Source: Mobula hypostoma (lineage: Eukaryota). Taken from it: a stretch of DNA of 64,000 nucleotides. This document shows, piece after piece, positions 24,186-36,609 of this stretch. Where the stretch lies: assembly GCF_963921235.1 (NCBI RefSeq), contig NC_086097.1, positions 202,122,001-202,186,000 on the forward strand, given 5' to 3'. Both the position numbers and the translations under genes were made by a program. The number at the start of each line of letters is the position of its first letter. Position 1 is the stretch's first letter. A model generated the notes under the pieces. That model was not told the origin of the DNA, ran no database searches, and saw only the letters and a program-made list of their open reading frames with translations.

Positions 24186-25464
24186 AAAAATATTATTTGT
24201 GGATAATTGTTGAAGGAAGAAACCTCAAGGGCAATGTAATAAATATACTAAATTGAGCGGGAAGTAAGAGCACCCCAAAGTACCAGCAGTTTTATGACTA
24301 AGATTGAATGCCACTGCCAGCCCTCAACCAGTGTCTGTCAGACTTGTTATGTGTCAGAGGCAAACATGCTGATAAGGCTGTGTTGCTTAGTAAATTTGTT
24401 TAATGTTAATGCAGCTGAAGGCATTTTGTGTTTTGTTCAGTGTCAACAGGTACTGAGCTCCAGCAAGTCAAGACCAGATCCATCCAAATAGTGCCAGGTG
24501 GGACTGGAGAGCAATTATTTACACTACAGTGGGATCCCACCAGCTGCTTTGTAAATGTATATGCTTCTGATTCATATCATGCTAAATTTACCGGTGTCTG
24601 AAATTGAAAATCATACCCAAATCAAATCAGTAGCTCATTCATCACTTTATATACATTTTTACATGCTCCAAGTTCACACTATAATCGGTAGAAATTAATG
24701 TGTGACAAGTAATTGCATCTGTTCATTTGTTTGTCAATTCACTTTGCTTTTATCAGTATCTACAGAAGGTGATTTTAGATTGTAGTCAGTAGTTGAATGG
24801 AAATTTAAGCCACTTCCTATAAGAATAATTTGTTTCAGGCAGCTGTAAGATCAGCAAGTACAGAGGCAACATCCTTTACTAAGCTCAAAGCTCAACTGAA
24901 TTTGATGCCACTGGTTTCAATATACCAAGCCATTTCAGTTACTCACAGTGTAGACCCAAGAAAGAATACTGACAGTCCCTAAAGATGAAGGTATCAACTG
25001 CTTAAGGTAATTTAGGCGATTTATAAAATCCATGCTTCCATTTTATTATACAGATTTCAGTGTCCAGCCAGCACTAAACGTGCTGTTGAGCAGGTTAATG
25101 CCTCAGAGATTTCCAATTTCATGAATGGCTGGCAACAATTAAAGCCAATCTGCAAGACATAAAAAAACTATTCTACACATCAAGGAGCGTGCACTGTGGC
25201 TTCACTAGCTGTAGTGATCATGAACCAGAATGAAAATTGCTAGAAAATACATGGCACAAAGTGACGGGAAGTGGGCTTCCTGGTCTTTGGATGTTGCACT
25301 GGTCATTGGTGGAAATGACTGACAGGGTGAGTCATGTACTGTTCTTTCCTCCAGGTATGCATGAAAAATGAAGGTGTAAGGTAGCCAGAAAACCTTTGAT
25401 GCAGTAAAGAAAGACAGGTCATGCCCAGCTTACGAATACTCAACTTAAGAACATCTATAACAAA

Positions 25465-26248
25465 AACCTCTCACTCAATGTCAGCAAGACCAAAGAGCTG
25501 ATCCATGAGCCAGTCCTCATCAGAGGTGGTGAGGGATAGCATCTTTAAATTTCTCAGTGTTATTATTTCATAAGACCTGTCCTGGGCCCAGCAGGAAAGT
25601 GCAATTACAAAGCAAGTATGGCAGCACCTCTACTTCCTTGGGAGTTTGTGGAGATTTGGCATGACATCTAAGACATTGACAAACTTCTATACATGTGTAG
25701 TGGGGAGTATATTGACTGGCTGCATCACAGCCTGGTATAGATGCCCTTGAACAGAAAATCCTATAAAAAGTGGTGGATACAGCCCAGTCCATCACGACTA
25801 AAGCCCTCCCAACTATTGAGCACATCTACATGAAATGCTGTCACCAGAAAGCAACATCCATCATCAGGGATCCCCACGATCCAGGACATCTGTCTTCTCG
25901 CTGCTGCCATCAGGATAAAGGTACAAGAGCTTCAGGACTCACCTCAACTGATTCAGGAACAGTTAATGCCCCCCAACGATTAGGCTCTTAAATCAAAGGG
26001 GATAACTTCACTTGCCCCATTATTGAAATGTTCCCACAACCAATGGACTCACTTTCAAGGACTCTTCATCTTTATTTATCATTATTTCTTCTTTTCTATT
26101 TGCAGTTTGTTGTCTTCTGCACTCTAGTTGAACATTGATTCTGTTATGGTTATTATTTTATAGATTTTTTGAGTATGCCCACAAGAAAACGAATCCCAGT
26201 GTTGTCTATAGTGACATATATGTACTTGGATCATAAATTTACTTTGAA
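25465..26248 (+). mobile_element. Rex1/Babar LINE 3' portion
   Basis: NLSLNVSKTKELI, LTNFYTCVV.SILTGCITAWY and VVDTAQSIT..LPTIE motifs, followed by UTR and ATAAATTTACTTTGAAC tail. Confidence 0.85.
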
Positions 26249-27154
26249 CATCCCCACATACAAATGAACTCCCATATTATTAAATTCAAAAGTCCTTCAT
26301 ATGTAAATTCATTCCTCTGAACAGCAAAACTCATTTTTTCTCTCTCTCTCTCGCTCTCTTTCCACTTGGTAATTCTTTTTTTCAGTTTTATTCCCTTTTG
26401 AGGCCATTCACAGTAATAGCATGGAGGTGCGTTTATCATATTGAATGATTTTTGTGTATTTTCTGACTCACACCCATAAATCAATTTTGCCAGTCTGTAA
26501 ATACAGAGCACATTCATTGCCCGGGTATGGTCTGTAATTCAATGTGTGCGTGCACATGTGTGTGTACATGTGTGGTAAAGATTTTTTTCACGTATCATAC
26601 CCTAACAATTTCACTATCAGCCTTACACATTGGTCAGTGCATCACACATCCACCTTCAGCTCCCAATTCAAAATTTTCAACAATACTTTCAAAATTCCAT
26701 TTTTCTAATTTCATTCACTAACATATTTTTGCAGCTACCAATCTTCCCAACAACACCCTCAACTTAATCTTTGATGGTTGAATCTCATTGGGTCAATTTG
26801 TCTTTCTCTTCCTGGATGTTCCAATTCATCTTCGTTCCATTTCATTTGAATAAATAATATTTGATTTTGTTATTCAGTACTAAAGTACCATAAAGTTCTT
26901 TGTCACAACTGTTACGAATAATGGGTTCTCATGGGAATGAAAAGTGAGGCCAGCAAGTCTGAAGAACGCAAAGAGTACTGGATAGAAAAAAAACATGACA
27001 GCTTATTATACGTATAGGAAGTGAAAATGGAAAAGCCCTTTAGAAGCATAGAAAGTCTGGGGGCACTTAAAAAAGAGAGGTGCCATATCACTGACAGACA
27101 AGATTAAACAAAATCGCAGAATATTTTATATGCACATTAAGGAAAAGGTGACCC

Positions 27155-27283
27155 CCGAAGGGTATTGGCCCCAAACATCAACTGTACTTTTCTTTCCCCC
27201 CACAGATGCTGCCTGGCCTGCTGAGTTTCTCTAGCATTTTGTGTGTGTTGCTCGGATTTCCAGCATCTGCAGATTTTCTCTTG
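27155..27283 (+). mobile_element. Truncated Penelope-like element end (family A)
   Basis: Begins inside a degenerate hammerhead (CGAAGGGTATTGGCCCCAAACATCAACT) and ends CCAGCATCTGCAGATTTTCTCTTG. Lies within a highly decayed CR1. Confidence 0.78.
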
Positions 27284-27541
27284 ACTGGGAGAGGATATGT
27301 TGCATTCTGGACCAAAGGGAGAAACTGCTCAAGTAGGCAGAGATCATGCTGAGGTTTTCAAATTAATTCTTCGTATCTGTATTTACTAAGGAGAAAGATG
27401 CTGTAATTGAATCATTCGGTGGGGGGGCAGTGAAAATGTATTAGATGTTTTAGCAGTTTTAAGATGGTTGCAACTGCAGAGACTAATGAGAACAATCTCT
27501 TCTATAGCCTGCCCAGCCAGATGACAGGAGAACAGCTGTAA

Positions 27542-28096
27542 CATCAAACAGTAGGAAATCAAGGCAACTGGACTTGCTGTTTTGTTTAGAAGATGTTTCA
27601 CCACTTGTCCGAGAGGCTTCTTCAGTTCCAATCCATGGTGGGTAGTTTTCCAGCTTATAAACTCTGTGAGTTGCTTAAAACAAACACACTCAGACAGAAC
27701 CCCTGAGAAAGAAGGGTTAAAGAAGTCATCTTTGTCAAACTGGAAAACTCATCACTGAACAGAAGGGTTGGGGTACGACACCACCTATCAGCTCCTATCA
27801 TCTCTACTCCAGTGTCTTCACAACAGTTCACATCTCCATTCATGCAAAGATAAAATTAATGACCCCCTCATTACCTCTATGACTCTTAAGGACCCTCATG
27901 TGATTGCTATACCTTTAAACATCTCACAGAGTTTTTCAGCTGGAAAACTGCCCAGTATGGATCAGAACTGAAGAAGCCTCTCGGATGAGTAGCAAAATGT
28001 CTTCTACAGTTTGTAGACAACACAGCAAGTCCAGTTGCTTTGATCTACGGCTGCTTGATATGGGATGACCTAGATGACTGAGAACCTCCATAGACA
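27542..28096 (+). mobile_element. Penelope-like element family B (GIY-YIG C-terminus, inverted pseudo-LTR)
   Basis: Encodes ERRVKEVIFVKLENSSLNRRVGVRHHLSA (PLE endonuclease end) at ~27706-27795. ~130-bp inverted arms and a 36-nt tail. Flanking duplication AACAGCT(G/A)TAA (27531-27541, 28097-28107). Hammerhead-like cores at ~27588-27629 (-) and 27964-28005 (+). Confidence 0.85.
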
Positions 28097-29239
28097 AACA
28101 GCTATAATAGGTACTTCCATTTTTTAAAAAAAGGGCAGCAGGAATAAATCAATGAATATCAGATTTCAGGTCTGATGTCAGTGGTAACAAATCCATTGGA
28201 AAAATTCTGAGGGACAGGATTATTCTACGCTTAGAAAGGCAGGGATTAATCAAAAATAGTACAGTTTTCTTATGATGCAGATCATACACAATGTAGTCTA
28301 CTCTTAAATAAAGCTTTTGGCTATGGACCAAGTGCTGCAAAATAAGATCAGCAAAGTTAGGTACTTGATTGCTAGCATAAGCACAGTGGGCTGAAGGGCG
28401 TTCTGTGCTCTTTGAATCTCCAAGTGTGCACAATTCCATGATCATCATAACACCAGCTCCTCATTTCATCCCTTAAGTGCACGTCATCTGAAGCAAGTGT
28501 AAAGAGCTCATTAAGATAGGTCATTAAGATTAGTATGATCCATTCTCTTGTTATCTACCCTTTTGTCAATAGGCCAAATATCCTTGTTGCTTTAGACATG
28601 AACTTGCATACTTCTCTGGTTTGTCTTACATCCCCTTACTCCTCATTCAGTCACCTTCTCAGTGACACTAAGTCTGCTTCCTCAGCTCTGATCTATTTAA
28701 ACCAGTATTTCTTCTTCATTTTCATGTTAGTCAAGATTAGTGGTTCCCTTTCCTCCATCTCTTTCTGATCTATTGTCATTGGAATAAAAACACTGTCTTT
28801 GCGAATTAGCATTTCTAATTTCTTTCCTCTCCAAAATTATTAAACGTTTAATACTTTCCAATTCGGCAATATTCCCTGGAATCTCTGTCTATACTACCAC
28901 CAGCAAGTTTTTGGTTACACTACAATATCTGAATAGTTTGAATTGAATGTCACAAAGGGCAAATTGTATGATGATGACAACTGACCCTTGACAATCTCCC
29001 ATTCTCAATGGAGTGAAGCATACCTCATTCCATCAACATCTCTGCACTTGGGAGAAATGATGTTCTATTGGAACCATTCATTTAAAACCTGGAAGTCACC
29101 TGCAATGGTTTTGCTTTCTTCTAATTTCTGGGTGTAAGATTGCTACAATCAGTAAAAGCAACAAGTAGGCATTGTATCGTATCACTGCTGCTTGGCTATG
29201 TTAAAAGAATTTCTACATTAGTCAATATTGTCTTTTCCT

Positions 29240-30730
29240 ATCCCTAGAATGCATTTATATTGGGAAGCTAGAGAAGAAATTGCAAAGCCCTGGCTGAGAT
29301 ACAGTATATGCATCATCTCTTGTGTCTGGTAAGTGTCAGAAGACTGCAAAGTGCCTAATATACTTTATTTAAGATTTATATATATAAAAAAAGCTAGGAA
29401 TTATGGACCAGTAAGCTTAACATCCCTGGTTGGTAAATTACCAGAGGGGATTTTGAGGGATAAGATACACAAGCATTTGGAAAGACAGGGTTGATTAGGA
29501 ATAGTTAGCATGACTCTGTGTGTGGGAGATTATGTTCTCATGACTTTGATCAAGATGTTTGAAGAAGAAACCAAGAAGATCAATGAGGGCAGGGCAGTAG
29601 ACATACTCTATATGGACTTCAGTAAGGCCTTTGATAAGGTTCTGTGTGGTAGACTGCTTTGAAAAGCTAGATCATGTGGGATCCATGAAAAATGAGTTAA
29701 TTATATAATTACTGGTAGGGAATTGTATAATTATTGGTATAATATTGGTAGGAATCAGAGGGTGATGGTGAAAGGTTGTTTTTTGAACTTAAGGTCTGTA
29801 ATTAGTGGTGTTCCACAGGGAACAGAGCTAAGCTCATGACTATTTGTCATTATATTAGTAATTTGGATAAGAACATACAAGGCATGGTTACTAAGTTTGC
29901 ATATAACTTGAAAATAGGTGATGTCATTGACAGTGAAGATGGTTATCATGGTTTTAAAGAGGAACCTTGATGGCAGGGTAAGTGGGCCAAGCTATGGCAA
30001 ATAGAGTTTAATTCATAAATGTGCAAGGTGAGACAAATTTGGGGAGGACATTCACAGCAAACATAAGCCCTGGGAAGTGTTGCAGAACAGAGGGAACAAG
30101 TACATGGTTCTCTGCAGGTAGTTGTGCAGGTAGACAAATGAAAAAGGCTTTTGGCATACTGGTCTTCATCATTCAGGACACTGAGTACAGAAGTAGGGAT
30201 GTTGTGTTGTAATAATATGTTTGTGAAGCCACATTTGGAATACTGTATCATCTTTGCTCACCCTGCTACAGGAAAGATGCCATTACACTGGAAAGAATGC
30301 AATTGAGATTTATGAGAGTTGCTGGGGCCTCAGGGACTAAATCACGGAGAAAGACTGAGTAGTTTGGGACTTTTTTTAAAATAAGGTATTGGAGAATGAG
30401 GGATGACTCCAAAATTATGAGGGGCCTGCAGTCAATCTGCATTGTTGTTTCGCCAGGGTTGTAAAATTAAGAACTAGTAGACATAGGTTTAGGTGAGAGA
30501 TTTAGTAGAAATCTGATGGGCAAGTTTTCCATCCAAAGGGTAGTCAGTATATGGTATAAGCTGACAGAGAAAGTGATCAAGGCAGGTACATCAACAATGA
30601 AAGGGTACCTAGATAGGAAAGGTTTACAGATATGGGCCAAATATGGGCGAATGTGACAAGCTTAGATGAGAATCTTGCTTGGTGTGAACCAGTTGGGTAA
30701 AAAGGTTCCTTTCAATGCCTTATAACACTA
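29240..30730 (+). mobile_element. Decayed CR1 LINE (RT to 3' UTR)
   Basis: NYGPVSLTS, YMDFSKAFDKV, SGVPQG and PHLEYC motifs, followed by the CR1 UTR. Confidence 0.85.
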
Positions 30731-30734
30731 TAAC

Positions 30735-30931
30735 TGCCGGCTGGTGGCATAGTGGCATCAGCGCTCGACTTTGGAGCGAAAGCTCCCGAGTTCAAATCCA
30801 GCCGGCTCCCTTGCATGCTTTCCATCTGGGCGGGGTTGAGCATCAAACTAGCAACTTGGCCTCGTAAAAATAAGAAACCCATGACAGCGTCCCGATGACT
30901 CCACTCGGAGTTAAGGGCTAAAAGAAGAAAG
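30735..30931 (+). mobile_element. tRNA-derived SINE
   Basis: A box TGGCATAGTGG, B box GAGTTCAAATCC and an A/G-rich tail. Flanked by the 13-bp TSD ATAACACTATAAC (30722-30734, 30932-30944). Confidence 0.88.
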
Positions 30932-31603
30932 ATAACACTATAACCGGCTGGGAGCTTAACACCGAAGGATACACATCATATTGAAAGGACAGGCAGGTGG
31001 GCAGAATGGGGTGACTGGATTTTTGTTAAAAATTTAATCAAATCCTTAGAAAGAAGTGAGATAGGATCAGAAGATGTAGAATCCTTTTAGGTAGAGTTAA
31101 AAAATTTTAAGGGTAAAAAGATTCTGATAGGAGTTACATACAAGTTTCCAAACAGATGCCCAGGATTTGGGGTACAAATTACAAAGGGAAATAGAAAAGA
31201 TGGATAAAATGGCAATGTTACAATGCTCAACAGGGAAAATTCATATGGAAGTAGTTTGGTGCTAAATCCAAAGAGAAGGAATTTGTAGATTAGTATCGGC
31301 ATCAAAAGTTACAGGAAGAAGGAAGGAGAATGGGTTGAGAAGGAAAATAAATGAGCTCTGATCAAATGGCAAAGTAGACTCAATGGGCTGAATGACCTAA
31401 TTCTGCTTCTATTAGTCTTAGAAATACATACAAGATGGCTTTTTTGAGCAGTTTGTGGTCAAGTCTACCAGGTGAAAGACAATTCTGGTTTGAATGTTGT
31501 GTACTGATTAGGGAACTTAAGGTAGAGGAACCCTTAGGAAGCAATGATCTTAATATGATGGAATTCACCCTTCAGATCGAGGGAGAAGCTAAATTCCAAT
31601 GTA

Positions 31604-33810
31604 CAGTGCCTATAAGAACTATTCACCCCCCCCCTTGGAGGTTTTCATGTTTTATTGTTTTACAATATTGAATCACAGTGGATTTAATCTGGCTTTCTTG
31701 ACACTGATCAACAGAAAAATACTCTTCCATGTCAAAGTGAAAACAGATCTCTACAAAGTGATTTAAATTAATTATAAATATAAAATACAAAATAATTGAT
31801 TGCATAAGTATTCAGCCCCTTCAAGTCAGTGTAACGTTCCGTTATATTGGCTCGTGTATGTCTAGGGGAAATCCCGCCCAGTACCTGCTTCAACACTCCC
31901 CGCAGGGTCAGTCGCCGCCTGAATCAATCACAAACATCAATCATCAGCCAGCACACCCAGTAAATTTTAACAAATACACTTTATAGATATTACTAATTCT
32001 ATGACATTAATATGCATTTGATACAGAGAGGAAAGTAATGGAAAAAAAGGCGCCAACACTTATCAAAGTCCAAGTTCTTCGCGCGCTACCGTTGGAGCTC
32101 AGTTCGACGTCAGACAACCACCTGAATTCCGTCAACTCACGGCTCGGGACCACCCTGAGTGATCGACCAGAGCCTCTCCGCACATCCGCCATCCTCCTTG
32201 TCTCTCCTCCGACTCCCCGCCAAAACCCAGTCCACAGTCATATCATACAGCATGGCATCCGAAAACAAAACGATACATAACTACCCATTGGCTAATAGGA
32301 CCTTGTTATCTCATTTTAAATTAAAACAAACTGTTAGCGCAAACTCTCTGCAGCGTTAAAACACATCAAAGCCGCATTCCCCAGATTAACATAACAAAAT
32401 CGCCATTTTAAATGTAACAAAAGAAAGACCCCGTACATCAGTATTTAGTAGATGCACCTTTGGCAGCAGTTCCAGCCCTGAGTCTATGTGGATAGGTCTG
32501 TATCAGCTTTGCACATCTGGACACTGCAAATTTTCCCCATTCTTCTTTACAACACCGCTCAAGCTCTGTCAGATTGCATGGGGATAATGAGGGGACAGCC
32601 CTTTTCAAGTCCAGCCACAAATCCCCAATTGGATTGAAGTCTGGACTCTGACTTGACCACTGCAGGACATTAACTTTGTTTTTAAGCTATTCCTGTGTAG
32701 GTTTAGCTTTACGCTTGGGATCATGGTCTGGTTGGAAAACAAATCTTCTCCCGAGCGCAGTTCTTTTGAAGACTGTACCAGGTTTTCCTCCAGAATTTCC
32801 CTGTATTTTGCTGCATTCATTTTACCCTCTACCTTCACAAGCTTTCCAGGGCCTGCTACAGTGAAGGATCTCCACAGCATGATGCAGCCACCAGCATGCT
32901 TCACAGTAGGGATGGTGTGTTTTTGCTGATGTGCACTGTTTGGCTTATACCAAACATAATGTTGAGTCCGATGGCCAAAAATCTCAATTTTGGTATCATC
33001 AGACCATAGAATCTTCTTCCAGCTGACTTCACAGTCCCCCACATGCCCTCTTGCAAACTCCAGCCAGATTTCATGTGAGTTTTTTTCAACAGTGGCATTC
33101 TCTTTACCACTCTCCCATAAAGCTACAACTGGTGAAGCAACCAGGCAATAGTTGTATGCACAGTCTCTCCCATCTCAGCCACTGAAGCTTGTAACCCCTC
33201 TAGAGTTGTCATAGGTCTCTTGGTGGCATACCTCATTAGTCCCCTTCTTGTGCAGTCACTCAGTTTTCGAGGACAGCCTGCTCTTTGCAGATCTACAGCT
33301 GCGCCATATTCTTTCCATTTCTTGATGATTGACTTAGCTGTATTCCAAGGGATATTCAGTGACTCGGAAATTTTCTTGTATGCATCTCTTTATGTTTTTC
33401 AATAACAACTTTGTGGAGTTGCTTCATGTTCTTTTGTCTTCATGGTGTAGGTTTTGCCAGGATACTGACTCACCAGCAGTTGGATCTTCCAGATACAGGT
33501 GTATTTTTACCACAATCAATTGACTGCACGTCTCCCAAAACAGATCTCCATTGAACTAATTATGCGACTTCTAAAACAAACTGGCTGCACCGGTGATGAT
33601 GTTGTATGCCATATTAAAAGGGGTGAATACTTATGCAAACAATTATTTTGTGTTTTATATTTATAATTAATTTAGATCAGTTTGACACAAAAGAGTCTTT
33701 TTCTGTTGATCAGTGCCAAGAAAGCCAAATTAAATCCATTGTGATTCAATGGTGTAAAACAATAAAACATAAAAACTTCCAATGGGGGTGAATACTTTTA
33801 ATAGGCACTG
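31604..33810 (-). mobile_element. Tc1 DNA transposon (same family as 18037-19936), defective
   Basis: TA|CAGTGCCTAT...ATAGGCACTG|TA with long TIRs. Motifs KILWSDDTKIE, TVKHAGGCIMLW and AKGASTKY*. Confidence 0.93.
31830..32437. mobile_element. Solo LTR
   Basis: 608 bp, TGTAACG...CGTACA, with a 4-bp TSD TCAG (31826-31829, 32438-32441). CpG-rich, so relatively young. Confidence 0.85.
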
Positions 33811-34143
33811 TATCCGTATCACAGCTGAGTAAAGTTAACCACAGAGGCAGGAGAGAGGAGCTGGCCAAATGTTGATTGGAAGGGGGAGACCAGCAGGGAT
33901 AACAGCAGAGAAGCAATGTCTGGAGTTTCTGGGAGCACGTTCAGAAGATGCAGGATTAGTTCATTCCAAAGACCAAGCATTCTAAAGGGCATATAATATC
34001 ACAAAAATTAGTGGGAAGCTAGAGGTTTGGGGATCTTTTAAAAATCAACAGAAGGCATGTAAAAACAGCAAGGAGAGAAACAATGAAATATGCAGGTAAG
34101 TTAGCTAACGATATAAAAGAGGATACCCAAACCTTTCAGATAT

Positions 34144-34465
34144 TAAAGGCATCCGTTAGTCTTATGAGACCATGGATCTGCGGCTGGAAAGTCTTCACTC
34201 TCCAGGGCTCAGGCCTGGGCAAGGTTGTATGGAAGACCAGCAGTTGCCCATGCTGCAAGTCTCCCCTCTCCACGACACCAATGTTGTCCAAGGGAAGGGC
34301 ATTAGGACCCATACAGCTTGGCACCAGTGTCGTGGCAGAGCAATGTGTGATTAAGTGACTTGCTCAAGGACACAACACGTTCCCTTGGCTGGGGCTTGAT
34401 CTCATGACCTTCAGGTAGCTAGTCCAAAGCCTTAATCACTTGGCCACGTACCCACACACTCATTA
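34144..34465 (-). mobile_element. tRNA-derived SINE with RTE-like tail
   Basis: Minus-strand head GTGGCCAAGTG...GAGATCAAGCC and body GTGTCCTTGAGCAAGTCACTTAA. Flanked by TSD TCAGATAT (34136-34143, 34466-34473). Confidence 0.75.
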
Positions 34466-34569
34466 TCAGATATATAATGAGTTAAAGAGTGTGGACATAG
34501 GACCACTGGAAAATCATCAGGTTGTATTAAGGGGCAAAGAAATGCCGGACAAACTTTTCAAGTACTTTT

Positions 34570-34780
34570 TATTTTATCGTATTGGAGATACACCAGAGTA
34601 ACAGGCCTTAACAAGCCCGTACTGCCCAATTACAGCCATGATCAATTAACCTACTAATTGGTACATCTTTGAAATGCAGGTGGAAACCAGAGCACTGGAG
34701 GGAACCCTCATCACGGGAAGAGCATGCCAATTCCTTACAGAGAGCGACGGGAATTGAACCAGGGTCACTGGCACTATAAT
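34570..34780 (-). mobile_element. V-SINE (HE1-like)
   Basis: Reverse complement of the V-domain (GGAAACCAGAGCAC.GGAGGGAACCC) plus B box GGTTCAATTCC. Confidence 0.7.
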
Positions 34781-35480
34781 TCAAGATTGATTAATGTCAT
34801 TTCCAAAACACAAGTGTGAAGGAGAAAAAAATACTTGTTACTCTGTATCCATTGCAGCATATAAAAGCACACTAAGATACAGAACACAATAATACAAACA
34901 CACAATAAATATAAATACCTAAGATAACTTATATACACAGATTGATCATGTGTATATAAGGTGATGTCACATACAGGAGTGTCGGCACATAAGGTGACTG
35001 ACAGGAAATCGTAAACACAAAATAATCTGCAGATGCTGGGGTCAAAGCAACACTCACAACATGCTGGAGGAACTCAGCAGGTCGGGCAGCATCCGTGGAA
35101 AAGATCGGTCGATGTTTCGGGCCGGAACCCTGACAGGAAATGATAAGATGGTGGTGGTGGAGGAGGAATGGGTTAGCCTGTGGAGTTGTTGATCAGCCTT
35201 ACTGTTCGCTGTTTTTGAGTCTGATGGTCTGCCACTTACCCTCCTCCCTGATGGAGTGGGACAAACAGTCCATGAGCAGGGTGGGTGGGTTGCTTCATGA
35301 CTTTGCTGGCCTGCACCTTTCAGTAAACATACATGTCCTTGATGGCAGGTAGGCTGGTGCCAGTGATGCGTTGGGCAGTTTTGACTACCCGTTGTAAAGC
35401 CCTCCTATCCGCTGCAGTGTGGTTTCCGAACCGGGCAGTGATGCAGCTTGCCAGGATAAACCCTACTGAACACCTGTAGA
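34781..35480 (-). mobile_element. Rex1/Babar LINE 3' portion
   Basis: TQFYRCSV..IL.SCITA.FGN.TAADRRALQRVVKTAQRITG.SLP; split by a PLE insertion. Confidence 0.8.
35010..35129 (-). mobile_element. Truncated Penelope-like element end (family A)
   Basis: Family A end flanked by the 12-bp TSD CTGACAGGAAAT (34998-35009, 35130-35141). Truncated in the hammerhead stem II. Confidence 0.85.
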
Positions 35481-35899
35481 ATTGAGTGAAGTTGTTATTA
35501 CTAAGGAGAAGGTGATTGAGAAGCTGAACTGTCTGAAAGAAGTCACCAAGCCTGGATGTAATACAACCACAGCTCTGAAATATGTATCTTAAGGTACTGA
35601 GGAGCATTCGTAGTGATCGTTCAAGAATGACTAGATTGTGGAAGGGCTCCAGAGGACTGGAAAATCGCAAATGTCACTTCACTCTTCAGGAAGGAAGGGA
35701 AGCAAAAACCAGGGAATTATAGGCCAGTTAGCTTGACTTCAGTGGTTGGCAAGACGGTTATTTAAGGATGAGATTTAGGGTTATGAGGAGGCACATGATG
35801 AAACATCAGCATGGTGTCCCTAAGGGGGAATCTTGCCTGAGAAATCTGTTGGAATTCTTTGAGGAAATAACAGACAGGATTGATTAATTATTGCCCTAT

Positions 35900-36185
35900 G
35901 TTTGTTTATTTATTTTTATTAAGATACCGTGCAGAATCGGATCTTCAAGCCACTCCGCCCAGCACACCCCCAACTTAATTCTAGCTTAATCACGGGACAA
36001 TTTACACCAACCAATTAACCTACCAACTGGCAAATCTGTGGACTGTGGGAGGAAACCAGAGCAACCCGAGGAAGCACACACAGTCACAGGGAGAATATAC
36101 AAACTCCTTACAGGCAGCAGCAGGTATTGAAACTGGGTCACCTGTACTGTAAAGCGTTGTGCTCACCGCAACACTACCATGTTGC
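35900..36185 (-). mobile_element. V-SINE (HE1-like)
   Basis: GGACTGTGGGAGGAAACCAGAGCAACCCGAGGAAGCACACACAGTCACAGGGAGAA is the reverse complement of the V-domain. Confidence 0.8.
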
Positions 36186-36609
36186 AAAGGAAAGTCAGTG
36201 GATGTTGATACTTGGATTTTCAGAAGGCCTTTGACGAGGTGCTGCGCATGAAGCTGCTAAACACAATAAAGGCCCATGGCTTTACAGGGAAAATACTACC
36301 AAGGATAAAAGATTGACAGGCAATAGAAAAGAGTGGGAACAGAGGAGGCCTTTTCTGGTTGGCTGTCAGTGACAAATGGTGTTCCACCATTTTGTCACTG
36401 TTGGGTCTGCTACTTTTCACATTAAACAGTATGTCAATGATCTGGATAACGGAATTGATGGCCTTGTGGCCAGGTTCGCAGAAGAAACAAAAATATGTGG
36501 AGGGTAGGACAATGTTGAAGAAGCAGGGAGTCTGCAGAAGGACCTGGACAGTTTAGATAATGAGCAAAGCTGAGGCCGATAGGATAGTGTAGGGAAGTAT
36601 ACTATAACA

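Noticed and set aside
25050..25335. Possible plus-strand exon ending AGG|GTGAGT
   Set aside because: The frames examined contain stops and there is no supporting homology.
30735..30810. tRNA-like A and B boxes (also at 46700)
   Set aside because: These are SINE heads with tails, and a TSD at 30735; they are not functional tRNA genes.
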